From an uncultured Ignavibacteriales bacterium (GTDB taxonomy: Bacteria > Zixibacteria > MSB-5A5 > GN15 > FEB-12), in contig CAYQDB010000006.1 of NCBI GenBank assembly GCA_964416195.1, positions 60,765-124,764 of the forward strand: DNA of 64,000 nucleotides. Reading direction: 5' to 3'. This document shows, piece by piece, positions 45,419-55,423 of this stretch. Positions within the stretch are counted from its first letter, which is position 1. Every line of letters begins with the position of its first letter. Position numbers and translations under genes: made by a program. The notes below the pieces were generated by a model. The model ran no database searches, was not told the DNA's origin, and saw only the letters and a list, made by a program, of their open reading frames with translations.

Positions 45419-47830
45419 TCAGAATTGGCTTTCAACGGTCCATGAGAATCTATTGGTCTTGTAGTTTGATAACTGCCAGGTGAAGTTAACTTTGAAAAAC
45501 AGCGGCAGCAGTCTTCCAATGCCGAAGCCCAGCTCGGTATAAGGCTTTCGTGCGCTATGAACGTCGCTGTCGCCGGGTTGAGCGGGATGGTTTTTGAAGT
45601 CGGTCCAGAAAGCGCCGCCGTGGATACTCAGTGTGAGAGGGATGTTTTTGATTAGCGGCAGACCGCTCTTGCGGAAGAGGGTACGTTTGAAATCATGAAC
45701 GGCGTAGACAGCAATCGCCCGACTACCGGCGAAGTTTGTTTCTCCGAGAGTCTTGAAATACGTCTGTTGGTCCAAAAGTCCCGCTCCAAAGTCGACGGTA
45801 AAATACTTCTGCGGAGGTAGGATTCTGTCTGAAGCGCCTGCATACAATTCTATTCTGCTGATACCAAGCCCCAGGGTTCGCTGGCGTCGATATAACCACA
45901 CATAATATCGGGCAAAATCAAAGTCGTTGTCGATTATATCCGGGGAGGCGATCTCGGCGCCAACGGCAAAAAGAATATACGATGATGAATAGTCTATGCG
46001 TTCCTCTCCCTTGTACCTCCATCGTGCTCGTGAATCATAGCTGAGGCGGCCTGAGATTGAGCGGAGTTTGCCATTGGTGATTTTGGGATTGGTGCGATAC
46101 TTTTTCGTTTCTCTGAACAGGCTGTACTCTGTGCTATTTGAAACGGAATACTGATTATAGTCTTGATAGGCAATGGCCAGCTTTGTTCGCCCAACCACCT
46201 TGGTCGAGAGTGAAATGTTGAACCCTTTTTCAAGGTAGTAGTCAAAAGGGTTGGTCTTGTTGGCCAGCGCTGTTAAGGTTGGGTTAGCCGTTCGACTTGA
46301 GATAATGGTTGGGAGATGTGTGATCTCATCATGGTATTCCCCTCCGATTTTAAACTTCTGACGCCTGGAGAGAGTGTAGGAAAATCCGTAATTATGCTGC
46401 CAGTACTCGCCGGAGAAAGCGTAACCAGATTTGAGCTTCAGTTCCGTATTGGGAACAAGCTTATCCAGTGTGACGCCGGCCCCGAGATAGGCCCCTTCGA
46501 CACGATTGAAATGGAAAAAATCATAGCCGTTGCCGCCCATACCAACAAAGAGTGCTCCCAATCCCAGCCGTAGGAGCTTCTTGGGAAGCGGCTTTGGCGC
46601 GTTGGAAATGGAATCGATTCTCTGAAAGCCCCTGATTTCTTCGGGCGTCAGTGGGATGAGCTGGCCGGCGTTCCAGGTGGCAGAGTCAATGTCGTCGGCA
46701 TTTTCAGCCACCTCAAACTCAAACTCATCAAATGTACCATCGGGATGCTCCGTGTTCAAAGTGAAATTATGTAAGGCAACAATGTAGTCAAATGACATTT
46801 TGGGAATACCGGGGATCGGGATATCTGCCAGCCCTGTGAAGTCTATCTCGACAGGCATCCAGTACCTATCTTCAAACTGGGCGTAATGCTGGCTGTAACG
46901 AGGGTTAATCACATATGGGATATCGAATGCCTCGTTGAATCCGACATCAAACCCCACCACGGCAAAAGTTGAATCTTTGATGTCAATAGTACCGGCAAAA
47001 AGAGGATCAGTGTCGCTCTTGGGTTCAACCTCAAGCCGGAATACCCGCTGGCTATCAATATAAATCGTGTCAAGCAGATAGTAATTGTAGTAATCGAGCG
47101 CATCTTTGGCAGTTGGGGAAACGACTAAATACTCGCCAAAGTCCAGACGATTCTTGTTGAAGTTCGTTAACTCTCCAACAGAGGTAAGGACTTCGGCCCC
47201 TTGCAGATTTGAAGAGAGCTTTCGTGCTGTGACAATTTCCTTGTATGTGTGCGGATATTCCCAGTGGGAGACAAGCTGGCTTTCCGTGATAAGCATTATG
47301 TTGCTGGAGTCATCTTTGGCAGTGTCACAAACCACCAGTTTGCTGTATGCCTCAAAGCTGTAGGCATGTATCTCGGCTAAGATTTCGTCCTTGCGAGCGA
47401 TGGCTTCAAGAATGATTTTCTGCGCCGGGTCATAAGCGCGCTGATATACTCTCATCCCTGGTAGCTGAATAAGGGACGGGCGAAGCCGCACATCCTGAAC
47501 GACAATGGAATCCGCGGTGTTGAGTTGTAAGCGCTTGGAGTAGTATGCTACGTGACTGAATTTCAACTGATAGGCACCTTCCGGTAGTCGCAGGCGATAT
47601 TGCCCATGCTTGTTGGCGAGCATCGACTGACCAGTTCCTTCGACCCGAACGGTGGCAAATGGCACCGGCTCGCCGGTCTCTTCGTCATAGACTGTGCCCT
47701 TGATCACCCCACCGAGCGCGATCTCCCCGGAAAAGAGGAGCAGAGCAAGCACCAACAGGATGTGAGGGAGCAAACCCCTCGTTACGCGGGAGTGGTGGTT
47801 TGTTGATCCTTTTACTGCGGCGCAATGCAT
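45419..47830 (-). CDS. outer-membrane protein with N-terminal carboxypeptidase-regulatory-like domain (DUF5686-like)
   Basis: 803 aa with a signal/TM segment. The CarboxypepD_reg block is IKGTVYDEETGEPVPFATVRVEGTGQSMLANKHGQYRLRLPEGAYQLKFSHVAY. The C-terminal half is beta-strand-rich and ends in an aromatic residue (...WTVESQF), as OM beta-barrels do. Confidence 0.65.
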   Translation of the reverse strand: MHCAAVKGSTNHHSRVTRGLLPHILLVLALLLFSGEIALGGVIKGTVYDEETGEPVPFATVRVEGTGQSMLANKHGQYRLRLPEGAYQLKFSHVAYYSKRLQLNTADSIVVQDVRLRPSLIQLPGMRVYQRAYDPAQKIILEAIARKDEILAEIHAYSFEAYSKLVVCDTAKDDSSNIMLITESQLVSHWEYPHTYKEIVTARKLSSNLQGAEVLTSVGELTNFNKNRLDFGEYLVVSPTAKDALDYYNYYLLDTIYIDSQRVFRLEVEPKSDTDPLFAGTIDIKDSTFAVVGFDVGFNEAFDIPYVINPRYSQHYAQFEDRYWMPVEIDFTGLADIPIPGIPKMSFDYIVALHNFTLNTEHPDGTFDEFEFEVAENADDIDSATWNAGQLIPLTPEEIRGFQRIDSISNAPKPLPKKLLRLGLGALFVGMGGNGYDFFHFNRVEGAYLGAGVTLDKLVPNTELKLKSGYAFSGEYWQHNYGFSYTLSRRQKFKIGGEYHDEITHLPTIISSRTANPTLTALANKTNPFDYYLEKGFNISLSTKVVGRTKLAIAYQDYNQYSVSNSTEYSLFRETKKYRTNPKITNGKLRSISGRLSYDSRARWRYKGEERIDYSSSYILFAVGAEIASPDIIDNDFDFARYYVWLYRRQRTLGLGISRIELYAGASDRILPPQKYFTVDFGAGLLDQQTYFKTLGETNFAGSRAIAVYAVHDFKRTLFRKSGLPLIKNIPLTLSIHGGAFWTDFKNHPAQPGDSDVHSARKPYTELGFGIGRLLPLFFKVNFTWQLSNYKTNRFSWTVESQF

Positions 47831-48080
47831 GTGAGCAAGAGTCTACAGATTCCGTGCCATTAAGTCAACCCTATGAATTGGTAGTTAGTTACGAACATTC
47901 TCCAGTTTAGTTTCGAGTATGATTGACACACCAGGAAACAATTTTTTTTGCACGAAAGATAAACTGGTGGTTGGTTAGTTTGAAAATATCCGGTTTTGAC
48001 AGATTTGTCAATCATGTTAACCTGCCTATATGCGAAAGCGGTCACGAAAAAAGAAGCGGCCACTGGTAGAGGAAAGAGAA

Positions 48081-48593
48081 TCATGATTCCAATATGTTCC
48101 ATTTCCGCTCTAACTGATCTATGTTTCTATCCAGCCACACGATTCTGCTGTGAGTGCCGGAATTCACCACTATCGTTCGATCAACCGAACTACCAGATTT
48201 GTAGAGGTAAGGGTGCAGACTTCTATATTCTGGCTGTATTACAATGAATTCGATCAATTCATCCGTCACATCTTTGCCTTCTTGTGCGTTATCTCTATAC
48301 CATTGGGCAACGCGCACCATCATTGCCCGCCAATCCTTGATAAGTTGACGCCGACGTTGCTCAATTTGTTCCTGTCTGTTATGTTGATGGCGTATACGGG
48401 TTAGCTTGTCGTGGATGGTGATTGCGATAGCTAATAGCAAAAATACCACACCCCAACCCCAACCCGGCACAAAATCCAACCATTTAAGAAAGGTCGTCAT
48501 GCCTGCAATCTTCTCAGGTAGATCAGCAATAAAGCTGAGCACTGAAAGGACAACAGAACAAGTAGTAAATATCCAGACAGACCGCTTACCCAT
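48081..48593 (-). CDS. hypothetical membrane protein (2 N-terminal TM + soluble domain), orphan
   Basis: 170-aa ORF in an AT-richer patch between two operons. I recognise no motif. Confidence 0.4.
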   Translation of the reverse strand: MGKRSVWIFTTCSVVLSVLSFIADLPEKIAGMTTFLKWLDFVPGWGWGVVFLLLAIAITIHDKLTRIRHQHNRQEQIEQRRRQLIKDWRAMMVRVAQWYRDNAQEGKDVTDELIEFIVIQPEYRSLHPYLYKSGSSVDRTIVVNSGTHSRIVWLDRNIDQLERKWNILES

Positions 48594-48746
48594 GTCCCTA
48601 AGATAATCCGCCCGCTCTTTTCAGCCAAGAAATTCATACTGACCCACTACTGATAAATTTGAACTGCTTGAACTCGGTGCCAAATTGCATATATTGGCTG
48701 GCGTGATAGGCTCCGCCATCTTTCAATTACAAAGGTTGACCTGCGC

Positions 48747-49547
48747 ATGAGGTCGGATGCGACACGAAATGGGGTAGAAAAAGTCGTGGACGGATCCTGT
48801 CCCTCCGACAACGAGGCTATCCCTTCGCGCGCTGGCGTCTGGCGGATGTTTGACCGGGTTGCCAATCGCTATGACCTGCTGAATCGGCTTTTGTCGCTTC
48901 GCCAGGATGTTGTCTGGCGCAACAAACTGGCGAAGTATCTTCCTGATCATTCTGAACAAGAAGTATTGGATATTGCCACTGGAACCGCTGATGTTCTTCT
49001 TTCTTTGTTTAGGAGATGCGACAAGATCGAGTTCGCGGTTGGGATCGACATGGCCGAAAAGATGCTTCAGTTAGGCCGAGGAAAAGCTGCTACTGACGGG
49101 CTCAGCAATCGGATTTCTTTTGTCCGCACTGATGCTGAGCGCCTCCCTTTTACCGATGCCAGCTTCGATGCTGTGACGATTGCCTTTGGGATCAGGAATG
49201 TGACCGACCTGTCCAAGGCGTTTGCGGAGATGCGCCGGGTTCTCAAGCCGGGAGGAAGAGCGCTGATTCTTGAATTCTCTCTTCCCCGCAACAGAATTAT
49301 CCGCGGGTTGTACCTGGTTTACTTCCGCCACATTTTGCCCCTTCTGGGAGCAGTGATCTCAGGTGATAGATGGGCCTATATGTACTTGAACAAGACGGTT
49401 GAGACTTTCCCGTTTGGTGAGGAGTTTTGTGACCTGATACAGCAGGCCGGGTTTACCGGAGTACAGGCGATTCCGTTGACATTTGGCATCGCTACTATCT
49501 ACCACGGCGGCAAGCCAGCAAACCAGCAAAATGCTTCTACTTGCTGA
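48747..49547 (+). CDS. ubiE: demethylmenaquinone/ubiquinone C-methyltransferase
   Basis: Motifs are MFDRVANRYDLLNRLLSLRQD and the SAM-binding VLDIATGTADV, plus ERLPFTDASFDAVTIAFGIRNV and LKPGGRALILEFS. The true start is possibly downstream of 48747. Confidence 0.9.
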   Translation: MRSDATRNGVEKVVDGSCPSDNEAIPSRAGVWRMFDRVANRYDLLNRLLSLRQDVVWRNKLAKYLPDHSEQEVLDIATGTADVLLSLFRRCDKIEFAVGIDMAEKMLQLGRGKAATDGLSNRISFVRTDAERLPFTDASFDAVTIAFGIRNVTDLSKAFAEMRRVLKPGGRALILEFSLPRNRIIRGLYLVYFRHILPLLGAVISGDRWAYMYLNKTVETFPFGEEFCDLIQQAGFTGVQAIPLTFGIATIYHGGKPANQQNASTC

Positions 49548-49556
49548 AAGGGAGAT

Positions 49557-50981
49557 TTGCCAAGGGATAGGCAGTATATGTCAGGGAGACTAAAAGAACA
49601 CACGGCGTGCGACCTCGAACAAGCCAAGGTGTTGATGGCGGACAGGATCAGGGATGCCTGTGCTTCGCATGCCTCACCGGTTCGCTCTCCGCTTGAATCA
49701 GCCGTTGTCAGGTTGGAGATTGCCGTTGAAGACCTTCAACCTCTGCCGTGGCTTGCCGCCCAAAAATGTCCCGCCAAGACCTACTGGTCAAGCCGGGAGA
49801 GTGGCTTCGAGATGGCCGGTGTAGGAGTGGCGGATATTATTTCGGAAAAGAGCAGCGTTGATTATGGTCTGTTGCACAAGAGGTTGTGGGGATTACTTAA
49901 AGTACATCATGATGAAGTACGGTACTATGGGGGGTTGAGATTCGACGCCAGAGATACAGGCTCCCGTGATGCCCTGTGGAGCAAGTTCGGAACATATCGG
50001 TTCGTTGTGCCCCGCTTTGAGTTGTCCCGTCAATCGGGTCTAACACGCTTCGTATGCAATATCGTGTTCGCCGGAGACAGACTGGTCGGCGACAGAATCC
50101 TGGACGAACTCGGAGACATAATCTCTCTTGTTGATTCACGTAATACAGAAATCCCCCACATAGTAGCTCGCTCCGACTGTCCTGATGAGAGAGGGTGGGA
50201 CGTGGCGTTTGAGACCGCTCTTGAATCCATCGATAAAACAGAGTTGGAGAAGCTCGTGCTGGCGCGGCAAACATCGTTTGAACTTTCGTCTCTGGTGAAT
50301 CCCATCCGGCTATTACAGCGCCTAAGGCAAGTGACTCCAGGGTGCTGCCATTTCTGTTTCCAGCTTGACGACAACTTTGCTTTTGTCGGGGCTACACCGG
50401 AGCGGCTGTATCAGCGCGCCAAGCGAACAATAAAGAGCGAGGCTGTTGCCGGTACCCGTCCCCGAGGAGTATCCGAGGATACCGACATAGCTCTGGGGAA
50501 GGAGCTTCTTCAGTCCGAGAAGGAGATGCGGGAACATCGATATGTGGTTGATACTGTGGGGGAAGCGCTGACGCGTCTATGTGAGGCTTCAAACCGCGAG
50601 GGGGATGTCTCCTTGCTGAAACTGGCTACAGTTCAGCATCTGATAACCCGCTTCGAGGGGAGGCTTGCTGCCGACATTGCTGATGCTGATATTCTGCGCG
50701 CGCTGCACCCGACTCCGGCGGTAGGCGGGTATCCATCGGGCCTCGCAGTTGAGAAAATACACGAGATAGAACCCTTTGACCGGGGATGGTATACTGGGCC
50801 GGTCGGCTGGGTGGGGAATGATTCCGCCGAGTTTGCAGTTGCTATTCGTTCTGGCCTGGTTGCTGGCGACAGGCTTCATCTTTTTGCCGGAGCCGGGATT
50901 GTAGAGGGCTCCACTGCCGAAAGCGAGTGGAGTGAGATTGAAAACAAACTAAGTAGCTTCACCAAGGTTTTTGATGCCTGA
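49557..50981 (+). CDS. menF: isochorismate synthase
   Basis: 474 aa with chorismate-binding-enzyme C-terminal motifs: LHPTPAVGGYP, DRGWYTGPVGW, FAVAIRS, GAGIVEGS. The start is TTG 49557 or ATG 49578. Confidence 0.85.
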   Translation: MPRDRQYMSGRLKEHTACDLEQAKVLMADRIRDACASHASPVRSPLESAVVRLEIAVEDLQPLPWLAAQKCPAKTYWSSRESGFEMAGVGVADIISEKSSVDYGLLHKRLWGLLKVHHDEVRYYGGLRFDARDTGSRDALWSKFGTYRFVVPRFELSRQSGLTRFVCNIVFAGDRLVGDRILDELGDIISLVDSRNTEIPHIVARSDCPDERGWDVAFETALESIDKTELEKLVLARQTSFELSSLVNPIRLLQRLRQVTPGCCHFCFQLDDNFAFVGATPERLYQRAKRTIKSEAVAGTRPRGVSEDTDIALGKELLQSEKEMREHRYVVDTVGEALTRLCEASNREGDVSLLKLATVQHLITRFEGRLAADIADADILRALHPTPAVGGYPSGLAVEKIHEIEPFDRGWYTGPVGWVGNDSAEFAVAIRSGLVAGDRLHLFAGAGIVEGSTAESEWSEIENKLSSFTKVFDA

Positions 50982-52744
50982 TGTTGACTGAGTTTTCCAG
51001 CCTGAATGCTCTTTGGGCGAGTCTGATTGTTGAGGAGCTGGTACGCAACCGGGTCGACTACTTTTGTCTGTCACCCGGTTCTCGAAACTCTCCTCTAACC
51101 GTGGCGATAGCCCATAACAAGAATGCCCACAGTGTTATCCATTATGATGAAAGAGGAACAGCTTTTCATGCTTTGGGGTATGCACGTGCCACCCGTCGCC
51201 CGGCAGTTTTAGTCTGCACTTCCGGCACGGCTGCGGCCGATTTCATGCCGGCAGTAATCGAAGCCTCGATGGACATGGTGCCGCTGATTGTCCTCACTGC
51301 CGACCGACCACCTGAACTTCGCTACACCGGCGCCAACCAAACGATTGACCAGGTAAAGCTCTATGGCAGCTATGTGCGATGGTTTTGTGATCTGCCATGC
51401 CCTGGCGCGGACATTGAGCCGCAGTTTGTGCTGACGACCATTGACAACGCTGTCTACCGTGCAACCCGATCGCCCGCCGGGCCGGTGCATATTAATTGTA
51501 TGTTCCGCGAGCCGCTGGCGCCGATTGGACCAAAAAAAGATTTCAGCCATTATCTATCCGGCATCAAACGGTGGGGGAAAGGTCAAAAACGTTACACAGA
51601 ATATACGAATGCTCCCAGCGCTCCAGGTGCCGAGGCCATTGCAGAAGCAGCAGTGATTGTAAGTGAGACTGATAGGGGGATTCTCGTAGTGGGCAGGCTC
51701 CACAGAAGTGAGGAACAAGAAGCAGTCAAAAGAGTGGCTCGCTACCTCAACTGGCCGACTTTTCCCGATATCGCCTCCGGTCTGCGGTTGGGGGCTGCCG
51801 ATGACAACATCATCGCTTATTTCGATCAATTATTGCTGTCGGAAAGACTTGCGGAGGCTGATAAATCTCACACCATACTTCATTTCGGCGGTATACCGGT
51901 CTCGAAGCGGCTGCAGCAGTTCATAGAAAAGAGTCGCCCGGAGAACTATATAATTGTGGCAAACCACCCGTGGTGCCATGACCCCGGGTACCGGGTGACA
52001 ATGCGCATAGAGACCGGCATCAGCGAATTCTGTGAGGCGCTCGTTGCAAATCTGGAAAACCAAAAACGTACATCGTGGCTTGATGGATTTGTTGGCCGAT
52101 CGCACCTTCTCAAACAGGTCTTAAAAGACACAATCGACAACGAGGATGCATTAAGCGAACCGGCTGTAGCAAGATTGATCTCACAAAATATCCAGCAGGG
52201 TTCGGGCCTTTTTCTGGCCAGTAGTATGCCGATTCGGGACATGGACATGTATGCTGACCTGTATGGTCCAGCAGTTACAGTGGGATGCAATCGAGGAGCC
52301 AGCGGAATCGACGGCACCATCGCCTCAGCGTCCGGGTTTGCGCGAGGGTTGGACAAGCCCACGACACTGCTGATCGGGGACCTGGCTTTCCTCCACGATG
52401 TGAATTCACTCGCGCTGCTAAAATCACTTGTGCACCCGCTTATTATTGTGGTGATAAACAATGATGGCGGAGCTCTCTTTTCCTTTTTGCCGATTGCGCA
52501 AATGAAAGAGGTGTTTGAACCCTTCTTTGGAACTCCGCACGGCTTTAGTTTTGACAAAGCAGCCGCAATGTTTGGGCTTGATTACTATTGTCCTGATTCT
52601 AAAGAGTCGTTTCTTACATCCTACCGATCAGTGCAGCAAAAAAACTGTTCGGCCATCATTGAGGTAAAGAGCGATCGAAGTGAAAACTATCGGTTTCATC
52701 AAACGCTGCAAAAGAAGATCATTTCAGCACTGGATAACCTTTAG
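50981..52744 (+). CDS. menD: 2-succinyl-5-enolpyruvyl-6-hydroxy-3-cyclohexene-1-carboxylate (SEPHCHC) synthase
   Basis: 587-aa ThDP enzyme. Motifs are CLSPGSRNSPLT, VCTSGTAAADF, LTADRPPELR, GASGIDG, NNDGGALFS. The ATG overlaps the menF stop codon (ATGA). Confidence 0.9.
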   Translation: MLTEFSSLNALWASLIVEELVRNRVDYFCLSPGSRNSPLTVAIAHNKNAHSVIHYDERGTAFHALGYARATRRPAVLVCTSGTAAADFMPAVIEASMDMVPLIVLTADRPPELRYTGANQTIDQVKLYGSYVRWFCDLPCPGADIEPQFVLTTIDNAVYRATRSPAGPVHINCMFREPLAPIGPKKDFSHYLSGIKRWGKGQKRYTEYTNAPSAPGAEAIAEAAVIVSETDRGILVVGRLHRSEEQEAVKRVARYLNWPTFPDIASGLRLGAADDNIIAYFDQLLLSERLAEADKSHTILHFGGIPVSKRLQQFIEKSRPENYIIVANHPWCHDPGYRVTMRIETGISEFCEALVANLENQKRTSWLDGFVGRSHLLKQVLKDTIDNEDALSEPAVARLISQNIQQGSGLFLASSMPIRDMDMYADLYGPAVTVGCNRGASGIDGTIASASGFARGLDKPTTLLIGDLAFLHDVNSLALLKSLVHPLIIVVINNDGGALFSFLPIAQMKEVFEPFFGTPHGFSFDKAAAMFGLDYYCPDSKESFLTSYRSVQQKNCSAIIEVKSDRSENYRFHQTLQKKIISALDNL

Positions 52745-53563
52745 ATGGTTATGAACTCTCCCTACACCTTTCACTTTATACAGGCTGGAGACAACTCAAA
52801 CCCTCCGGTTCTCTTTTTGCACGGTTTCCTTGGAAGCGCCCAGGACTGGTGTGATATCGCTACTCCCATTTCAGAAGGCCATTGGTGTATCGCCATTGAC
52901 CTCCCCGGACATGGCAAAACGGTTGTGAATGGATCGGAGGGAAACTATCGGATGGAGAACTGCACCAACGGACTTGTCCACTTTCTGGATAGCCTCGGCA
53001 TTGACAAATGTAACATCGTTGCCTATTCCATGGGCGGAAGGCTGGCCTTGTACATGGTTATCAATTTTCCAAACAGATTTGAACGAGTCGTATTAGAATC
53101 GGCCTCACCTGGCCTTAAAACAGAACAGGAAAGACAAGATCGCCGGGCACGCGACAACATACTTGCTAAACGGCTCGAAAAGGATTCTCTGGAGCAGTTC
53201 TTGAACGAGTGGTATGATCAGCCACTCTTTGCAACGCTCAAGCAGGATAAGAAGTGGTTCGCCCGATTCTTGACTAATCGAATCGACAACAGCAAAAGTG
53301 GTTCTACCACTGGCTTGGCCACTTCGCTGCGGATGATGGGTACAGGCGTCCAGCCGTCACTCTGGGATCAGCTCAAGAAAATACAGGCTCGCCTCCTCTT
53401 GATAGTGGGCGAAAAGGATGATAAATTTAAAAGGATTGCCGCTGAGATGGCGCCGAGGTGTCCGAAGGCGTCAATCTATATTGTGGAAGACGCCGGGCAC
53501 AATGTCCACTGGGAAAAAGCGGGAGAGTATGCCCGGCTAGTGAAGGGTTTTTTATCTTCATAA
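52745..53563 (+). CDS. menH: SHCHC synthase (alpha/beta hydrolase)
   Basis: 272 aa. It has LFLHGFLGS and the nucleophile elbow AYSMGGR. It lies immediately after menD with no gap. Confidence 0.75.
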   Translation: MVMNSPYTFHFIQAGDNSNPPVLFLHGFLGSAQDWCDIATPISEGHWCIAIDLPGHGKTVVNGSEGNYRMENCTNGLVHFLDSLGIDKCNIVAYSMGGRLALYMVINFPNRFERVVLESASPGLKTEQERQDRRARDNILAKRLEKDSLEQFLNEWYDQPLFATLKQDKKWFARFLTNRIDNSKSGSTTGLATSLRMMGTGVQPSLWDQLKKIQARLLLIVGEKDDKFKRIAAEMAPRCPKASIYIVEDAGHNVHWEKAGEYARLVKGFLSS

Positions 53564-53619
53564 CGAAGGAGTTGTCACGCGGGTTGCATGACAGCACCTT
53601 TGAATAAATAGCGAGGTAG

Positions 53620-54444
53620 ATGATGGCTGATATTGTGTGGGTTGAAACTGGAAGATTCACTGATATAAAGTACCATAAGGCGGAAGGGATCGCCAAAATA
53701 ACAATCAACCGCCCCGAGGTGCGCAACGCTTTCCGACCTCTAACGGTCTATGAAATGTCACAGGCATTAGCTGACGCCCGCGAAGACTCACAGGTGGGGG
53801 TTATCATACTCACAGGTGAAGGTGATAAAGCGTTTTGCTCAGGCGGGGACCAAAGAATTCGCGGCGACTCCGGTTACTCCGATGAAAAGGGTGTTAACCA
53901 TCTCAACGTGCTGGATTTTCAGCGCCAGATGCGCACCTGTCCCAAGCCGATTATTGCCATGGTGGCCGGCTATGCCATTGGTGGAGGGCATGTGCTGCAT
54001 CTGATGTGCGACTTGACTATTGCCTCCGACAATGCGGTATTCGGTCAGACCGGTCCGAAGGTTGGTTCGTTTGACGGTGGCTACGGTGCAAGCTATATGG
54101 CTCGTGTCGTTGGACAGAAGAAGGCGCGGGAAATCTGGTTTTTGTGTCGTCAGTACAGCGCTGCCGAGGCGCTTCAGATGGGGTTGGTCAACACGGTCGT
54201 CCCCATTGCGAAGCTTGAAGAAGAGACGCTAAAATGGTGCCGGGAGATTCTGGCCAATTCGCCGACTGCTATTCGATGCCTTAAAGCGGCCCTTAATGCT
54301 GACTGCGACGGTCAGGCCGGTTTACAGGAGCTGGCCGGCAATGCCACCATGCTCTATTACATGAGTGAAGAATCGCAGGAGGGACGCAACGCCTTCGTCG
54401 AAAAGCGCAAACCTGATTTCACCAAATTCCCCCGCCAACCTTAG
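53620..54444 (+). CDS. menB: 1,4-dihydroxy-2-naphthoyl-CoA synthase
   Basis: 274-aa crotonase-fold protein with MenB blocks: [37 protein letters not shown]. Confidence 0.95.
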   Translation: MMADIVWVETGRFTDIKYHKAEGIAKITINRPEVRNAFRPLTVYEMSQALADAREDSQVGVIILTGEGDKAFCSGGDQRIRGDSGYSDEKGVNHLNVLDFQRQMRTCPKPIIAMVAGYAIGGGHVLHLMCDLTIASDNAVFGQTGPKVGSFDGGYGASYMARVVGQKKAREIWFLCRQYSAAEALQMGLVNTVVPIAKLEEETLKWCREILANSPTAIRCLKAALNADCDGQAGLQELAGNATMLYYMSEESQEGRNAFVEKRKPDFTKFPRQP

Positions 54445-54538
54445 CAGGTTGTTAAAAGTAAGGCGGACTCGCAATGACGAGTTTGGCGTATGTCCCACGA
54501 ATGATGTGAGCGAGGACATAAGGAGGCAAGCCTCATTT

Positions 54539-55423
54539 ATGACTGATTCCAAGTTGGGTGTATGGATCCTTGCGGCCCGCCCTAAGACACTGTGGGCAGC
54601 GATTGCGCCGGTGCTGATTGGAACGGCTATGGCGTTCGAGGTCGGAGCGGGTCATTGGCTTTCAGCACTAGCGGTGTTGGCCGGAGCAGTGCTGATTCAA
54701 ATCGGAACCAATTTTACCAATGACTACTTTGACTTCAAAAAAGGGGCCGACCAACATGAGCGCCTTGGCCCAATGAGAGTCACACAGGCTGGTCTGGTCA
54801 AACCACAGTCGATGAAAACTGCTACCGCGATCGTCTTTTCTCTGGCAGTGCTGGTTGGAATCTATCTCGTCTGGCGAGGTGGCTGGCCCATAGCAATCAT
54901 CGGCGTGGTCTCGATTCTTTTTGGCATTATGTATACCGGAGGCCCGTATCCGCTCGGCTATCATGGCCTTGGAGATATTTTCGTGTTGATTTTCTTTGGC
55001 CCTGTAGCAGTGGGCGGGACGTACTACGTGCAGGCGCTGGATATCAATTCAATGGTACTGCTTGCCGGTCTGCCGCCCGGTTTGTTTTCGGTTGCGATAC
55101 TCACAGTGAATAACCTTCGTGATATAGAATCGGACAGGCTCGCCGGTAAAAAGACACTGGCGGTGCGGTTTGGTCGAACCTTCGCCCGTATGCAGTACCT
55201 GCTAGCTATTACGGTCGCAACACTTATGCCTGTTTTCTTTTACCTCGCCACGCGTCAGCATCCATATTCTTTACTAATGCCGCTGTTATTACTGGCGGCG
55301 GTTGGGGCTATCAAGGCGGTTTTTGTCAAGACTGATGGTCCGACTTTGAACAACGTTCTGGCCACCACGGGAAAGCTCCTGCTACTCTATAGCATAATCT
55401 TCTCGATTGGGTGGCTGCTGTGA
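54539..55423 (+). CDS. menA: 1,4-dihydroxy-2-naphthoate polyprenyltransferase
   Basis: I trimmed the track ORF (54365) to the ATG at 54539, which lies behind AGGAGG. It is a UbiA-family multi-TM protein with the motifs NDYFDFKKGAD and NNLRDIESD. Confidence 0.9.
   Translation: MTDSKLGVWILAARPKTLWAAIAPVLIGTAMAFEVGAGHWLSALAVLAGAVLIQIGTNFTNDYFDFKKGADQHERLGPMRVTQAGLVKPQSMKTATAIVFSLAVLVGIYLVWRGGWPIAIIGVVSILFGIMYTGGPYPLGYHGLGDIFVLIFFGPVAVGGTYYVQALDINSMVLLAGLPPGLFSVAILTVNNLRDIESDRLAGKKTLAVRFGRTFARMQYLLAITVATLMPVFFYLATRQHPYSLLMPLLLLAAVGAIKAVFVKTDGPTLNNVLATTGKLLLLYSIIFSIGWLL

Noticed and set aside
47996-48011. Palindrome TTGACAGATTTGTCAA (operator-like)
   Set aside because: The arms are only 6 bp. 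Matches of this size are expected many times by chance in 64 kb, and the site is not positioned upstream of a same-strand gene.
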